This document shows positions 50,422-60,538 of a stretch of DNA of 64,000 bases, piece by piece (within the stretch, counting starts at the first letter, position 1; every line of letters starts with the position of its first letter). Source of the DNA: Candidatus Bathyarchaeia archaeon (GTDB lineage Archaea > Thermoproteota > Bathyarchaeia > Bathyarchaeales > Bathycorpusculaceae); NCBI GenBank assembly GCA_050012255.1, contig JBEKHN010000001.1, positions 32,001 to 96,000 on the forward strand, in the 5' to 3' direction. The notes below the pieces were generated by a model. The model did no database searches, was not told the DNA's origin, and was given only the letters and a program-made list of their open reading frames with translations. The position numbers and the translations under genes are program-made.

Positions 50422-50991
50422 ATGAAGATCGGAGTCTTGCGCATCGGCCAGGTTGATTCTGACACCACAAAAAGGATTCAGGAGAGCATCAGCACGATTT
50501 TCACGCAGACAAAGTGCATAGTAATCGATGAGGAAATTCCATTGCCCGAAGAAGCGTTCAACAAGGCGAGAAAACAACACCGTTCGGAGGTTATTCTGAG
50601 AAAAGTGAGAAGCTACGCTGAGAAGAGTCACTTCGACCGGGTTCTCGGGATTGCCGACATTGACGTTTTCGTACCAACGTTGAACTTTGTCTTCGGACAA
50701 GCAGACTACGATGGAAGAGCAGCGTTGATCTCGCTCTGGCGACTCAGACCAGAGTACTACGGAGACCTCCCAAACGAGCAACTGTTTGATGAGAGAAGCG
50801 TGAAAGAGGCGGTTCACGAGCTTGGACACACTTTGGGTTTAGAGCACTGTTCCAACGTGTTCTGCGTCATGCACTTTTCCAGCTCTATCTATGAAACAGA
50901 CGTAAAACACAGCTTGTTCTGCGACAAATGCTCAATCAAAATAGAAGCAGCCATAACCGGACTTGGTAAGAACCATGAAGGACAAGTTTAG
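50422..50991 (+). CDS. Archaemetzincin (M54 Zn protease)
   Basis: KEAVHELGHTLGLEHC...CVM...CDKC. Confidence 0.93.
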   Translation: MKIGVLRIGQVDSDTTKRIQESISTIFTQTKCIVIDEEIPLPEEAFNKARKQHRSEVILRKVRSYAEKSHFDRVLGIADIDVFVPTLNFVFGQADYDGRAALISLWRLRPEYYGDLPNEQLFDERSVKEAVHELGHTLGLEHCSNVFCVMHFSSSIYETDVKHSLFCDKCSIKIEAAITGLGKNHEGQV

Positions 50992-51796
50992 AGCCGAACC
51001 CATTCACTTGCTACCAGTAGTGGCAAGCCTACTCGTCGGAGTCTTCTGCGCCTCAATAGTCCTGGTCGCACCGGTTAACCTCTACGCGGTCACGCCTTTT
51101 CCAGAGAGCACTGCAGGCTCACTAGGCAACGGACTTTACTTCGTCGTACTCGCAGCAGTCGGCGCCTCTCTGCTATATCTGCTGCTGAGACGCAGGAACC
51201 TCAAGTTGGTCACGCTGATAACGGGCTTCGCCATCACAGCCGCAGCCTTCTTGCTTTCCGTGGTATATCTCTACGCTGCATTATCGATCTTCGACATTCC
51301 CTACACCACTGTGCTAGTTTTAGTCCTAGCAGTGCCCATCACTGTGTTAGCCGACCTAGCAATCTTTCGAGCACGTGGCAGAGGCTACCGCTTGGCAATA
51401 TTGCTGCTCGGCGGAGCTCTGGGCGCCTTCCTAGGAATGTCAATTCCCATTCTGAGTGCAGTTTTGATTCTGAGTTTTCTGGCCGTGTACGACGTTTTCG
51501 CTGTCTACCGTGGACCAGTGGGAAAAATAGCTCAGGCTGGGCTCGAACGGCTCCGCGGCCTAAGCGTGTCTTTCAAGGATGTCCAAATCGGGCTGGGTGA
51601 CTTGACCTTTTATTCTATGCTCACGGCTCTGGTTCTAACCAATGCAGGTCCTGCCCTCTGTGTTGTCTCGATCATAGGCGTGCTCATCGGAGCATTTTTA
51701 GCCCTAAAGATGCTGGAAAGAAGGGGAATATTTCCCGGTTTGCCCTTCCCAGTGGCTTTAGGCCTTGCGCCTCTGATCGTATTGCTTTTCCACTAG
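50975..51796 (+). CDS. Presenilin/SPP-like GxGD intramembrane aspartyl protease
   Basis: AVYD, IGLGDL and PGLP motifs; multi-TM. Confidence 0.88.
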   Translation: MKDKFRAEPIHLLPVVASLLVGVFCASIVLVAPVNLYAVTPFPESTAGSLGNGLYFVVLAAVGASLLYLLLRRRNLKLVTLITGFAITAAAFLLSVVYLYAALSIFDIPYTTVLVLVLAVPITVLADLAIFRARGRGYRLAILLLGGALGAFLGMSIPILSAVLILSFLAVYDVFAVYRGPVGKIAQAGLERLRGLSVSFKDVQIGLGDLTFYSMLTALVLTNAGPALCVVSIIGVLIGAFLALKMLERRGIFPGLPFPVALGLAPLIVLLFH

Positions 51797-51828
51797 TCGA
51801 CAGTGCAAAACAAGACTTGAGAGCAACA

Positions 51829-51876
51829 ACATCCCCTGTTTCGCGTTTTCACTCGTCCAACACGCCTACCCCCCTC
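51829..51876. repeat. Dispersed intergenic element, copy 2
   Basis: ACATCCCCTGTTTCGCGTTTTCAC-N12-CCTACCCCCCTC; matches 43115-43162. Confidence 0.7.
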
Positions 51877-51919
51877 GGTTTTCTTCGCGCGCGTGCGAGG
51901 TTTAAATATGCACTTGTGT

Positions 51920-52756
51920 TCAGCCTGCTTTCTTAGTGACGTCCGATTTGAGAAGCCTGAAGGCTGCCATCACGATGAACACGATGGCGTAGACTGCTAT
52001 AATCAGTGCTGCTTGGTAAAGATCCCCGAGGTCACCTACGGAAAAAACTGTACTTGGCACGGTTATCAGTTTGCTCATGAGAAACGACGGAAAGTTTGTT
52101 GCCGCCCACGTTGGAAGGCCTTTGCTCAAGTAAAGGTATGATTGTTGATTCGTCATGCTGTAAAGGCTGGATAAGATCGGGCTTATGACTGATGAAGCGA
52201 TGAGTACTCCGAAGGCACCTAACATCGCGAGGGTGCTTCCTCTAAAGACTTCGCTGAACATGAATGATAAGCTGAAGAATATGAGAGAAGAATACACGAT
52301 CGCCAAAAACATTAACGGAGCAAATTGGAGACCGCTCTGCGCACCGAAGAACCAGAGTGATAAGACAACTCCTACAAAGGTTATCAAGGCTTCAACCGTT
52401 GCCAACAAAGAGAACCCGCCTAACAGCTTACCCCACATGTACTCAACTCGCCTAACGGGTTTCGAGAGCAATATGTCAGCCGTACCGTGCTCATACTCTT
52501 CAGCCATCGAACCACCAGCAACTATGATGGCTATCAACGGGAAAAACAAGCCTTGACCCTCGGAAACGCCGACAATCCAGATGAGGGACCTAAATTCAAC
52601 AGTAAAGAACGCACCGACTACAAGCTGAGAAAAGACAACCATTATCAACGTTTGAAATGCTATGGCCAATATTATGAGAGCGAGGACTTTCTTCTTAGCT
52701 AAGGCTCTCCTCCATTCGTACCCAGCAATCACACCAACTCTTCTAAGGGCACCCAT
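51920..52756 (-). CDS. ABC-2 type exporter permease
   Basis: EYEHGT..LLSKPVRR..GK motif; six TM helices. Confidence 0.92.
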   Translation of the reverse strand: MGALRRVGVIAGYEWRRALAKKKVLALIILAIAFQTLIMVVFSQLVVGAFFTVEFRSLIWIVGVSEGQGLFFPLIAIIVAGGSMAEEYEHGTADILLSKPVRRVEYMWGKLLGGFSLLATVEALITFVGVVLSLWFFGAQSGLQFAPLMFLAIVYSSLIFFSLSFMFSEVFRGSTLAMLGAFGVLIASSVISPILSSLYSMTNQQSYLYLSKGLPTWAATNFPSFLMSKLITVPSTVFSVGDLGDLYQAALIIAVYAIVFIVMAAFRLLKSDVTKKAG

Positions 52757-52757
52757 G

Positions 52758-53696
52758 CTATTGACCCCCTTTTAGAGCTTGGAGATAAGCGTCTTCCAAC
52801 GTAATCTTGTGGAGGTTCAGGCTCAGTAGCACACCTTTTTGTCTGAAGATTTCTGAAGAAATCTCGCCTCTCACATCTTTCTTCTCCTTCAGCTCTATCA
52901 CTAGTCTGTTTCCGTCCACCTTCACATCGCTCACAGACTCAAAAGCCTTAAGGCTTGAAACTATGCTTTCGGTTACTTTTTCAAGCTCGGCTTCCACCAC
53001 CCATTGCTGAGTGAAGGCTTCCAAGACCTGTTCAATTGGACCGCTGAAAACGATCTTTCCCTTGTTTATCATTCCGATGTGAGTGCAGATTCGTTGAACC
53101 TCGTCTAGTAGGTGAGATGATATAAAGATGGTTTTGCCCTCCTTTGCAAGATTCATGAAAAGGCTTCTGAAATGAACTGAAGCCTCTGGATCCATACCTA
53201 TAGTGGGCTCGTCCATAATCAGAACCATCGGATCGTTTATAAGTGCAAGAGCGACAGACAGCCTCTGAACCATTCCCTTGCTGTAGGTTCCAATCTTCTT
53301 TTTACCCCACTCTTTCAAACCGACAAGGTCAAGGAGCTGCCGAGTCTTTTCCTTCCTAGTCTGCGTGGGCAACTCAAACATTTTACCCATAAAGTCAAGC
53401 AACTGCTCTGCAGTGAAGAAAGTTTGAAGCGTTGGAAGTTCCGAAGCGTACCCAACAGACCGGAACGCCTGAACAGGGTCTTTGGATGGATTTGCACCAG
53501 TTATCTGAACTTCTCCTTGATTTGGCTTGAGGAGACCCAGCATAATTCTTATAGTAGTTGTTTTGCCGGCCCCGTTTGGTCCGAGATAGCCGTACACCCA
53601 GCCTTTGTCTACAGAGAAAGAAACAGAGTCCAAAGCCTTGAACTTTCCGTAATACTTTGTCACGTTCGAAATGTTCAAGACCGGATGAGACGCCAA
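52758..53696 (-). CDS. ABC exporter ATP-binding protein
   Basis: GPNGAGKTT, YSKGM, DEPT and SSH motifs. Confidence 0.96.
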   Translation of the reverse strand: MASHPVLNISNVTKYYGKFKALDSVSFSVDKGWVYGYLGPNGAGKTTTIRIMLGLLKPNQGEVQITGANPSKDPVQAFRSVGYASELPTLQTFFTAEQLLDFMGKMFELPTQTRKEKTRQLLDLVGLKEWGKKKIGTYSKGMVQRLSVALALINDPMVLIMDEPTIGMDPEASVHFRSLFMNLAKEGKTIFISSHLLDEVQRICTHIGMINKGKIVFSGPIEQVLEAFTQQWVVEAELEKVTESIVSSLKAFESVSDVKVDGNRLVIELKEKKDVRGEISSEIFRQKGVLLSLNLHKITLEDAYLQALKGGQ

Positions 53697-54104
53697 AACG
53701 GGTACCTAATGCGAAGATATTTCGCATGAGCCCTAATAACACTTGGGGTAACAACCTATTAGTTATCATGTCCACAGCCATTTCATCGGCCGACTTGCCT
53801 GCTTCATAGCAAAAACACGTGAATCGCCCCTTTTCTCAATCTCAAGATTCAAAACCTCAATCCTCAACCGGCTGCAAGGACCAATGGTTCGAAAGGGTTT
53901 GAACGATGGCAGGAGACTTGTGGAGCATAAGGGAATACTACCTCAAGGAGGACAGGAAGAAAAGGTAAATGTTCCCAGTCTATTCAACAAGTACACACAG
54001 TTTCGTTTGAGAGCATCTTTTGGGCTAAGAAGCTGGTTCTCTGACGCGACGAAAGTAATAAATAGTGTTCAGTTGAACCAAGTCTATTAAGGGAAGGCGC
54101 GAGT

Positions 54105-56060
54105 TTGCGCAAATGTCTATTTGCACTTTTCAGCATCATTTCCGTGCTAGTTGTTGTAGTGGCGGCCGTTCTAGTCATAGGACGCTTGAGCATGAATAAC
54201 AGTCCACAATGGAGAAACCAGCAGCAAGGTGCGCTAATAATACCGCAAGGTGGATACGTCACCTTGCAAGCAGACGGGATGGACACGTCTTCCCTGCAAA
54301 AGGCTGTTCTTTCAACTAATGAAACAGGAACTTGGAGAAATGAGACAACGAGCGCACTTCTGTGGGTACAGAACGCTGTCTTCGGGTTTGACAACTTCGG
54401 CACAGCGACCTACAAGGACGGCGTTCTCTACGCTCCTTCTAAAGGAGACAACAGACTTTACGCAGTGAACGCCACGAACGGCGCGATAATTTGGAATACT
54501 ACTGTAAGGCAATGCGACGGGTCTCCCTGCATAGATGGTGACGTTGTTTATGTTGGAGAATGTATGGGAGTGTACGGAGAACCCACGCCCTTGGCAAGAG
54601 CTATGGCACTCAACAGGACCAACGGAGAAGAGATATGGGATTTCGTGGATCCAAACGACAACACTTGGGTTGGTTCGCCGCTGGTTAACGGCGAGTATGT
54701 ATACTGCACAACGTTCCACCCCACGTCTTACACCTCTGGTTCCGGAGTCTATGCTTTGAACAAGACCAATGGACACGTGCTGTGGCGCAAAGACATTGGA
54801 AACATCGTGGGCTCCGTAGCCTATGACAGCGGCATGGTTTTCATTTCAGTTTACAACCAATCTGGTCAGTACGCTTTCAACGCAACAACAGGAGACCAGA
54901 TCTGGAATCAAAACTATGGAGCGTCGTGGGACACGTCACCTGTAATCTACGATGGAATGATCGTTCAGGTTGCGTACAACAGAACTGATGGACTCTGGTC
55001 AACCTATGTTCTAAATGAGACGAATGGAGAGTTCATACGAAGGTTTGAGGGAAAAGGAAGCACGGGAACTCCGCTGGTTCATGATGGCAAAGTGTTCATT
55101 CCCAGCAACGATTGGACGATGTGGGCTTTCGACCTAGCAACAGGAACCGAACTTTGGCAGACTGTACCTCTCCACAACGGAACCCTGCAAAACTATATGT
55201 ACTGCAGCCCAGCATCGGCCGGCGGTGCCATCTACTGTCAAGCCCTGAACGGAACGTTCTACGCAATAAACGAGACTGACGGCGGAGTGCTCTGGTCCTA
55301 CACATTGAACAGTACTGGCTTTGGCAGTCCCAGCATCGGCGACGGATGCGTGTTCATCACTAACGATGGAGGCCTTTACGCTTTTGAGATAGGCCCAGGT
55401 TCGGGTGATTGGCCCATGTTCTGCCATAACAACTTTCACAGCAGTTTTTCAGAGCACGGAGTGGAATACGTCAGATGGCCGCTGACACAACCGCAGTACC
55501 TTGGAGAAGTTTCAAACACCTGGGTGACGGCGAAGTTCACCTGGTGCAACGAGACGATCGCTTATGCCGAAATAGCCTGGAGAATATACTTCTTCGACAG
55601 TCTGGGAAACGCGAACGCGACAGACGTGAAAATCTTCTCTGTAAGAACTCACAATGTAGCCGTAGTCGACATAGTGCCAGAAGAAACGCTCATACAACTC
55701 CAAGTAATATTTGTCAACGTGACAGCAACCAACATGGGCAACTACACGGAAACATTCAACGTAACGCTCTATTATGATTCTGTCGAAATAGGCTTGCAGA
55801 CTGTGGCTTTGAATACAGGCGAGTCACGCGTACTTACCTTTGCATGGAATACGGCAGGAGTCTTCCTTGGCAACCACACGCTGAAGGCAACAGCAAGCAT
55901 AGTTCCATACGAAGTTAGCACAGATGACAACATGGTTACCCTGCAGTCTCCAGTAACAGTCGTTCCTGAATTCCCATTCATAACTACTTTGACTGCAGCA
56001 GTCATCGCTTCCACGATAACTGTTACAATGCTGACCAGAAGAAAACGAACAAGGACCTAA
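54105..56060 (+). CDS. PQQ-like beta-propeller surface protein with CARDB domain and PEF-CTERM sorting signal
   Basis: Repeated A.N..(T/N)G...W blades; CARDB-like domain; VVPEF + TM + RRKR tail. Confidence 0.88.
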   Translation: MRKCLFALFSIISVLVVVVAAVLVIGRLSMNNSPQWRNQQQGALIIPQGGYVTLQADGMDTSSLQKAVLSTNETGTWRNETTSALLWVQNAVFGFDNFGTATYKDGVLYAPSKGDNRLYAVNATNGAIIWNTTVRQCDGSPCIDGDVVYVGECMGVYGEPTPLARAMALNRTNGEEIWDFVDPNDNTWVGSPLVNGEYVYCTTFHPTSYTSGSGVYALNKTNGHVLWRKDIGNIVGSVAYDSGMVFISVYNQSGQYAFNATTGDQIWNQNYGASWDTSPVIYDGMIVQVAYNRTDGLWSTYVLNETNGEFIRRFEGKGSTGTPLVHDGKVFIPSNDWTMWAFDLATGTELWQTVPLHNGTLQNYMYCSPASAGGAIYCQALNGTFYAINETDGGVLWSYTLNSTGFGSPSIGDGCVFITNDGGLYAFEIGPGSGDWPMFCHNNFHSSFSEHGVEYVRWPLTQPQYLGEVSNTWVTAKFTWCNETIAYAEIAWRIYFFDSLGNANATDVKIFSVRTHNVAVVDIVPEETLIQLQVIFVNVTATNMGNYTETFNVTLYYDSVEIGLQTVALNTGESRVLTFAWNTAGVFLGNHTLKATASIVPYEVSTDDNMVTLQSPVTVVPEFPFITTLTAAVIASTITVTMLTRRKRTRT

Positions 56061-56136
56061 CGCTCAGAATTGCAGTATTCGCCTCAGAAAAACTGAATTT
56101 GGCCACAGTTTCCTCCTTGGTATTGGGAGCACAGAC

Positions 56137-56943
56137 TTACCTTGGCATACTCAGTTTCAAAGTGAAAAACTGCTCAAAGTTGCCGGCCATCTTCTCAGCA
56201 ACACTCTGTACGCCAGTCTCTTTGATTTTTGCGATCGCCCTCACAACTTCAGGGATAAAAGCGGGCGTTGTCCTTTTCCCTTTGAAAGGCGGTTTGTAGA
56301 AATGTACAGGCCCGTCGGTTTCAGTCAGTAGGTTCATTATTGGGACTTTTCTCACGACTTCACGTATGCTTTCGGAGTACACAGCCGCAGGTCCCTCTGA
56401 GACGTAATAACCATTTTCAATAGCCTTGGACAACGCATCAACTGGCCCGGTGAAAAAGTGAAGCAGAACTCTCACCAAGTTGTATGATGGAAGCCTATCT
56501 ATCACCTGATCAGCAGTACCCCTTGAATGGACTATGACAGGCAATCTCATTCTTTCAGCGCAGTGCAGCATTTCATCAAAAACCCTCAGCTGATCATTCC
56601 AAGTGCTCATATGATTTGAGTCCAAACCTATCTCGCCAATGGCAACCATTGCTTTGTTCATCTTTTGCTTCGAAATCAAGTTCAGCGTTCTTTCAAGCTC
56701 CTCCTCAGCCAGGTGCTCAACGCTTGCAGGCTGGATTCCCAGTGCAGCATAGACCAGGCCAGCATATTTTTCGGCCAACTCTAGGCTTTTGATGCTAGTT
56801 TCTAGGTCAACAGAATTGGACACCAATGCAACAACATTTGCCATTCGAGCTTCCTGGGCGATTTCGTCGATGCATTCTGCATATTCTTTGTCTGAGAGAT
56901 GGAGGTGTGCATCAACGAACCTCGGAAATATCTCTCCGTTCAT
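56137..56943 (-). CDS. tatD: TatD-family hydrolase
   Basis: VDAHLHL, AIGEIGLD, VHSRG and LTETDGP motifs. Confidence 0.92.
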   Translation of the reverse strand: MNGEIFPRFVDAHLHLSDKEYAECIDEIAQEARMANVVALVSNSVDLETSIKSLELAEKYAGLVYAALGIQPASVEHLAEEELERTLNLISKQKMNKAMVAIGEIGLDSNHMSTWNDQLRVFDEMLHCAERMRLPVIVHSRGTADQVIDRLPSYNLVRVLLHFFTGPVDALSKAIENGYYVSEGPAAVYSESIREVVRKVPIMNLLTETDGPVHFYKPPFKGKRTTPAFIPEVVRAIAKIKETGVQSVAEKMAGNFEQFFTLKLSMPR

Positions 56944-57202
56944 GCGTGCTTGATCAGCAGCTGCGTTCATCCTTTCTCGCCCCACGATACGTTCTATTTC
57001 CTCTTCGACATATTCACAGCCAGTTCTTAGCTGTTTTGACAACGTGACTTCACACTGCACGTTGATTAGTTTGTCCGAGTTTATCGAGTAACATTTATCT
57101 GTATTGGCCTACTCAGGTATCAAACTTCTTGAAGCGATCCGAGGTTGAGCGGCCGAACTGTCACCACTATTGACCTACCAAGTCGGTTCTAGGAGAGTTG
57201 AA

Positions 57203-58423
57203 ATGACCGAAAATCCGAGTGAAAAGATGCAGATGGAAGCAAGCGTAAGAATAAGTGATGCCAATTGTGGGCGGTGCATGATTTGCCCATCCGTCTGTCC
57301 CTTCGACGCCATATCGTTCGAAGAAAAAGCTGGCGAAGTCAAGTTAAACATCGAAAAGTGCCAAGTTTGCGGCATCTGTTCCAGCGCTTGCCCAGCTTCG
57401 GCGATAGAGACGATCTATTACAATGCTGATTCACTATTAAGCTACGTTAGGAAAACCGTGCACAAGACAGGCTCAGACAAGCTACTTCTGACGTGTCGTG
57501 GTACTGGTTCCTCTGAGAAAGTGACTGCGGACGAGTTAGACAAGCGGCACTTTGACAATTTCGTCTCGGTAATTTTGCCATGCGTCGGACGCGTGCCACC
57601 GGAATTTTTGTTCAAAGCACTAGCATCAGGAATAGACAAACTGGCGATAATGCCCTGCGAAGACAAATATTGCCGGTTCAAAGATGGAAGCATGATTGGC
57701 ACGCGCAGACTTGTGCTGGTTCAGAGCCTCTTAAGTGAGCTAGGTTTTAAGCCAGACACTTTGACTATAACGAAACGGTCAATAAAAGCGCACATCGACA
57801 GCGACCGATGTATTGGCTGTGGAAACTGCCACTACGTCTGCCCATACAGCGCGATAAAAATGGAAGCCTCGAAAGTGCCGCAGCTAGATTTGAAGAGTTG
57901 TTCAGGCTGCGGAGCCTGTGTGGCAGTCTGTCCAGCGCTTGCCATCAAGCTGGACGGTTTCGAGTACGAAACTATCTCCCAGCAGATTCGCAATTATCGC
58001 TCGCTGATTCCGAGAATGAGACAGAAGAACAAGAAACCGGTCATCCTGGTTTTGGGTTGCCATTGGAGCGAGTTTTCCAACCTCGACCTGCCCCGGAAAA
58101 CCGCTGTCAAAAACGTTGTGTTTGAAGGACTTCCGTGTGCGGGCAGAGTGGACACGTTGCACATACTCGAGGCGTTCCATCTGGGTTTCGACGGCGTTCT
58201 CGTTGCAGCCTGCAAGAAGGACGAGTGCAAACTAGAAAAAGGGAACGAGGAAGCTGAACAGCGCATCGCTTCGCTGAAAAAACTGCTAGCCGAAGTCAAC
58301 CTTGGAGAAAGACTTGAAATGTGCTTCGTGTCCCCGAAAAGCGCCGGAGATCTGGACGGTCACGTTAAGTCATTTATGGAAAAGATAGATTCATCATCTA
58401 TGAGAGGAGCTATAAAAGAATGA
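57203..58423 (+). CDS. Tandem (2[4Fe-4S] ferredoxin + MvhD/FlpD-like) x2 protein
   Basis: Four CxxCxxCxxxCP motifs; two LPCxGRV...A...G.D...C....C MvhD-like domains. Confidence 0.88.
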   Translation: MTENPSEKMQMEASVRISDANCGRCMICPSVCPFDAISFEEKAGEVKLNIEKCQVCGICSSACPASAIETIYYNADSLLSYVRKTVHKTGSDKLLLTCRGTGSSEKVTADELDKRHFDNFVSVILPCVGRVPPEFLFKALASGIDKLAIMPCEDKYCRFKDGSMIGTRRLVLVQSLLSELGFKPDTLTITKRSIKAHIDSDRCIGCGNCHYVCPYSAIKMEASKVPQLDLKSCSGCGACVAVCPALAIKLDGFEYETISQQIRNYRSLIPRMRQKNKKPVILVLGCHWSEFSNLDLPRKTAVKNVVFEGLPCAGRVDTLHILEAFHLGFDGVLVAACKKDECKLEKGNEEAEQRIASLKKLLAEVNLGERLEMCFVSPKSAGDLDGHVKSFMEKIDSSSMRGAIKE

Positions 58424-60039
58424 TAGTGACAAAAGAGAAAGCTCTGGAGGAAATATTGCGTCTGCTAGCACCGTACAAGAGGGTTCTGGTCGTGGGCTGC
58501 GATGGCTGTACGACTCCTCCGAGAGGGTTACGAGAGGCTAAGACTTTCACTATGCTTGTTGAAATGGGTGGAAAACTCAAGAACAAAGAATTCAAGTGCA
58601 CACCAACGACGATGGGCAAACAGTGTGACAATTATGAAGTCAACACAACCCTAACACCCCAAGTTAAGGACATCGACGCCGTACTGTCTCTGGCATGCGG
58701 CGTCGGAGTGCAAACCTTAGCAGAAGTTTTTCCGAACATTCCAGTTTATCCTGCCCAAGACACGGTTTTCCTCGGGTCGCAAGATCGCGATAGCGCAGCC
58801 ATGCATGAGAGGTGCAGAGGATGCGGAGAATGCCTCCTAGGCGAAACAGGCTCCATATGTCCGATAACTCGGTGCGCCAAAAGTCTTCTCAACGGACCAT
58901 GTGGGGGACAGGTGAAGGGAAAATGCGAGGCAGGAGGCTGGAAGAACGACTGTGCATGGGTTCTGATCTACAGCAGGCTGAGAGAAAGAAACGAGCTGGA
59001 ACTCTTCAAGAAATTCAGGATACCTAAGGACTACAGAATCTCCGAACATCCACGAGAGCTGGCCATGGAAACGATTACAGAGAAGACGAAGACAGAGATG
59101 AAAGAGGAACCTGTGAAAACCGTGACGAGGGAAGCTTACGGTGAGTTGATGAAGCAACTCGAAGAGGGCAGGTTCGTGTTCACAGGCGAACTTGAACCGA
59201 TGAAAACGACAAATCTGCACGAAGTCATTGAAAGCGCAAAGATCTTGAAAGGTCATGTTGCCGCGATCAACGTGACGGACAATCCTACAGCCTTCGGGTT
59301 TTTCAACGGGCTTGTTTCATCTTATCTCGTCCAGAGAGAAGCGTGCGTAGAAGCCGTTTTTCAGATAACCACAAGGGATAGGAACCGCATAGCACTGCTT
59401 TCTGACGTGTTAGCCGCTGGCACTCTGGGAATAAAGAACATTTTGGCCATAACAGGCGACTACACGACGGTCGGCGATATGCCACAGGCTAAACCAGTCT
59501 TTGACCTGGACTCGGCAACACTGGTTTACATGCTGAGAAAAGTGGTCGACGAGGGCTTAGACCTGAGCGGGAACAAAATAGAAGACCCACCTAAATTTAA
59601 CATCGGAATCGGAGCATCACCCAACGCTGACCCCTTAGAACCCGAAATTCTGAAAATCGAAAGAAAGGTCAAACTCGGAGTCGACTTCATACAAACCCAA
59701 TGCGTCTACAGCGTAGAACAAGCCGAAAACTTCATGAAAGCAGTGTCTTATCTCAAAACGCCTGTCCTGCTTGGAATCGCACCCTTCAAATCGCAAGCCA
59801 TGATGAATTGGATGATCAAGTTCGTCCCAGGAATAAAGGTCCCACCCGACTTGGAGCAACGCCTCCGGAAGGCAAGAGAAAGAAGCAAGGAAGCGTTTTT
59901 GGAAGAAAACATTGAAGCCTTCGCTGACCTGATCCGCGAAATCCGCAGAACAGCTAATGCTTCAGGGCTCCACTTGATGGCTGTCGGTTTTGAATGGGTC
60001 CTGCCGAAAATCATTGAAAAGAGTGGAATAAGGCCATAA
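58420..60039 (+). CDS. MetV-MetF fusion methylenetetrahydrofolate reductase
   Basis: N-terminal MetV (GCDGC, ACGVGVQ, CRGCGEC, CPITRCAKSLLNGPCGG, CAW) plus C-terminal MetF (NVTDNP, RDRNR, TGD, PVFDLDS, FIQTQ). Confidence 0.9.
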   Translation: MIVTKEKALEEILRLLAPYKRVLVVGCDGCTTPPRGLREAKTFTMLVEMGGKLKNKEFKCTPTTMGKQCDNYEVNTTLTPQVKDIDAVLSLACGVGVQTLAEVFPNIPVYPAQDTVFLGSQDRDSAAMHERCRGCGECLLGETGSICPITRCAKSLLNGPCGGQVKGKCEAGGWKNDCAWVLIYSRLRERNELELFKKFRIPKDYRISEHPRELAMETITEKTKTEMKEEPVKTVTREAYGELMKQLEEGRFVFTGELEPMKTTNLHEVIESAKILKGHVAAINVTDNPTAFGFFNGLVSSYLVQREACVEAVFQITTRDRNRIALLSDVLAAGTLGIKNILAITGDYTTVGDMPQAKPVFDLDSATLVYMLRKVVDEGLDLSGNKIEDPPKFNIGIGASPNADPLEPEILKIERKVKLGVDFIQTQCVYSVEQAENFMKAVSYLKTPVLLGIAPFKSQAMMNWMIKFVPGIKVPPDLEQRLRKARERSKEAFLEENIEAFADLIREIRRTANASGLHLMAVGFEWVLPKIIEKSGIRP

Positions 60040-60133
60040 CTGAAAAACATAGCACACTTCTCTGCAATTCCATTTTCGAAATCAAGAGAGAACGACGCTT
60101 ATTCAAAAGCATATGCCGCCCGGTACGGGCGAC

Positions 60134-60313
60134 TCAGAGACGCGATAGGACCAGCCGCGTCGAGGTTACGTCAACTTCTGTGATCCTACAGTTGCCAAAT
60201 TGCAGAGATTCTCCAAGCACATCACGCAGGATTACCTTGCCGCCTTCCATCTTAGCGTAAACCACGTCTTTGAACACTTCTTTTCCGTCGAGAATCACGG
60301 TGAATTCACACAT
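60134..60313 (-). CDS. CooT-family nickel-binding protein
   Basis: 59 aa, MCE N-terminus, DVLGE; near the cdh genes. Confidence 0.8.
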   Translation of the reverse strand: MCEFTVILDGKEVFKDVVYAKMEGGKVILRDVLGESLQFGNCRITEVDVTSTRLVLSRL

Positions 60314-60538
60314 TCTAAAGCCCAACCAGCACTTAGACAAAAACATGTGGGTCGGTTATAAACTTCATCCTAAGAAATGGAGACCTTCGCGAGGGATAAG
60401 CCCTGTTTAATCTGATTCTGAGACATTCTTTTCCTCTCGGCTTTGATTTTGGTTCTCGGTTGCATATTTAGGATAAGTAGTTATAATTCACGATGATTAT
60501 ACATCTCAAATGCCATACATGGTCGAAAGAGGAAACAA

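Noticed and set aside
57061-57202. Possible SAM/THF/ZTP riboswitch ahead of mvhD-metVF
   Set aside because: Only short scattered pairings; no consensus motif recognised.
57203-58423. Selenocysteine recoding in the MvhD-like protein
   Set aside because: No in-frame internal TGA; ligand positions are Cys.
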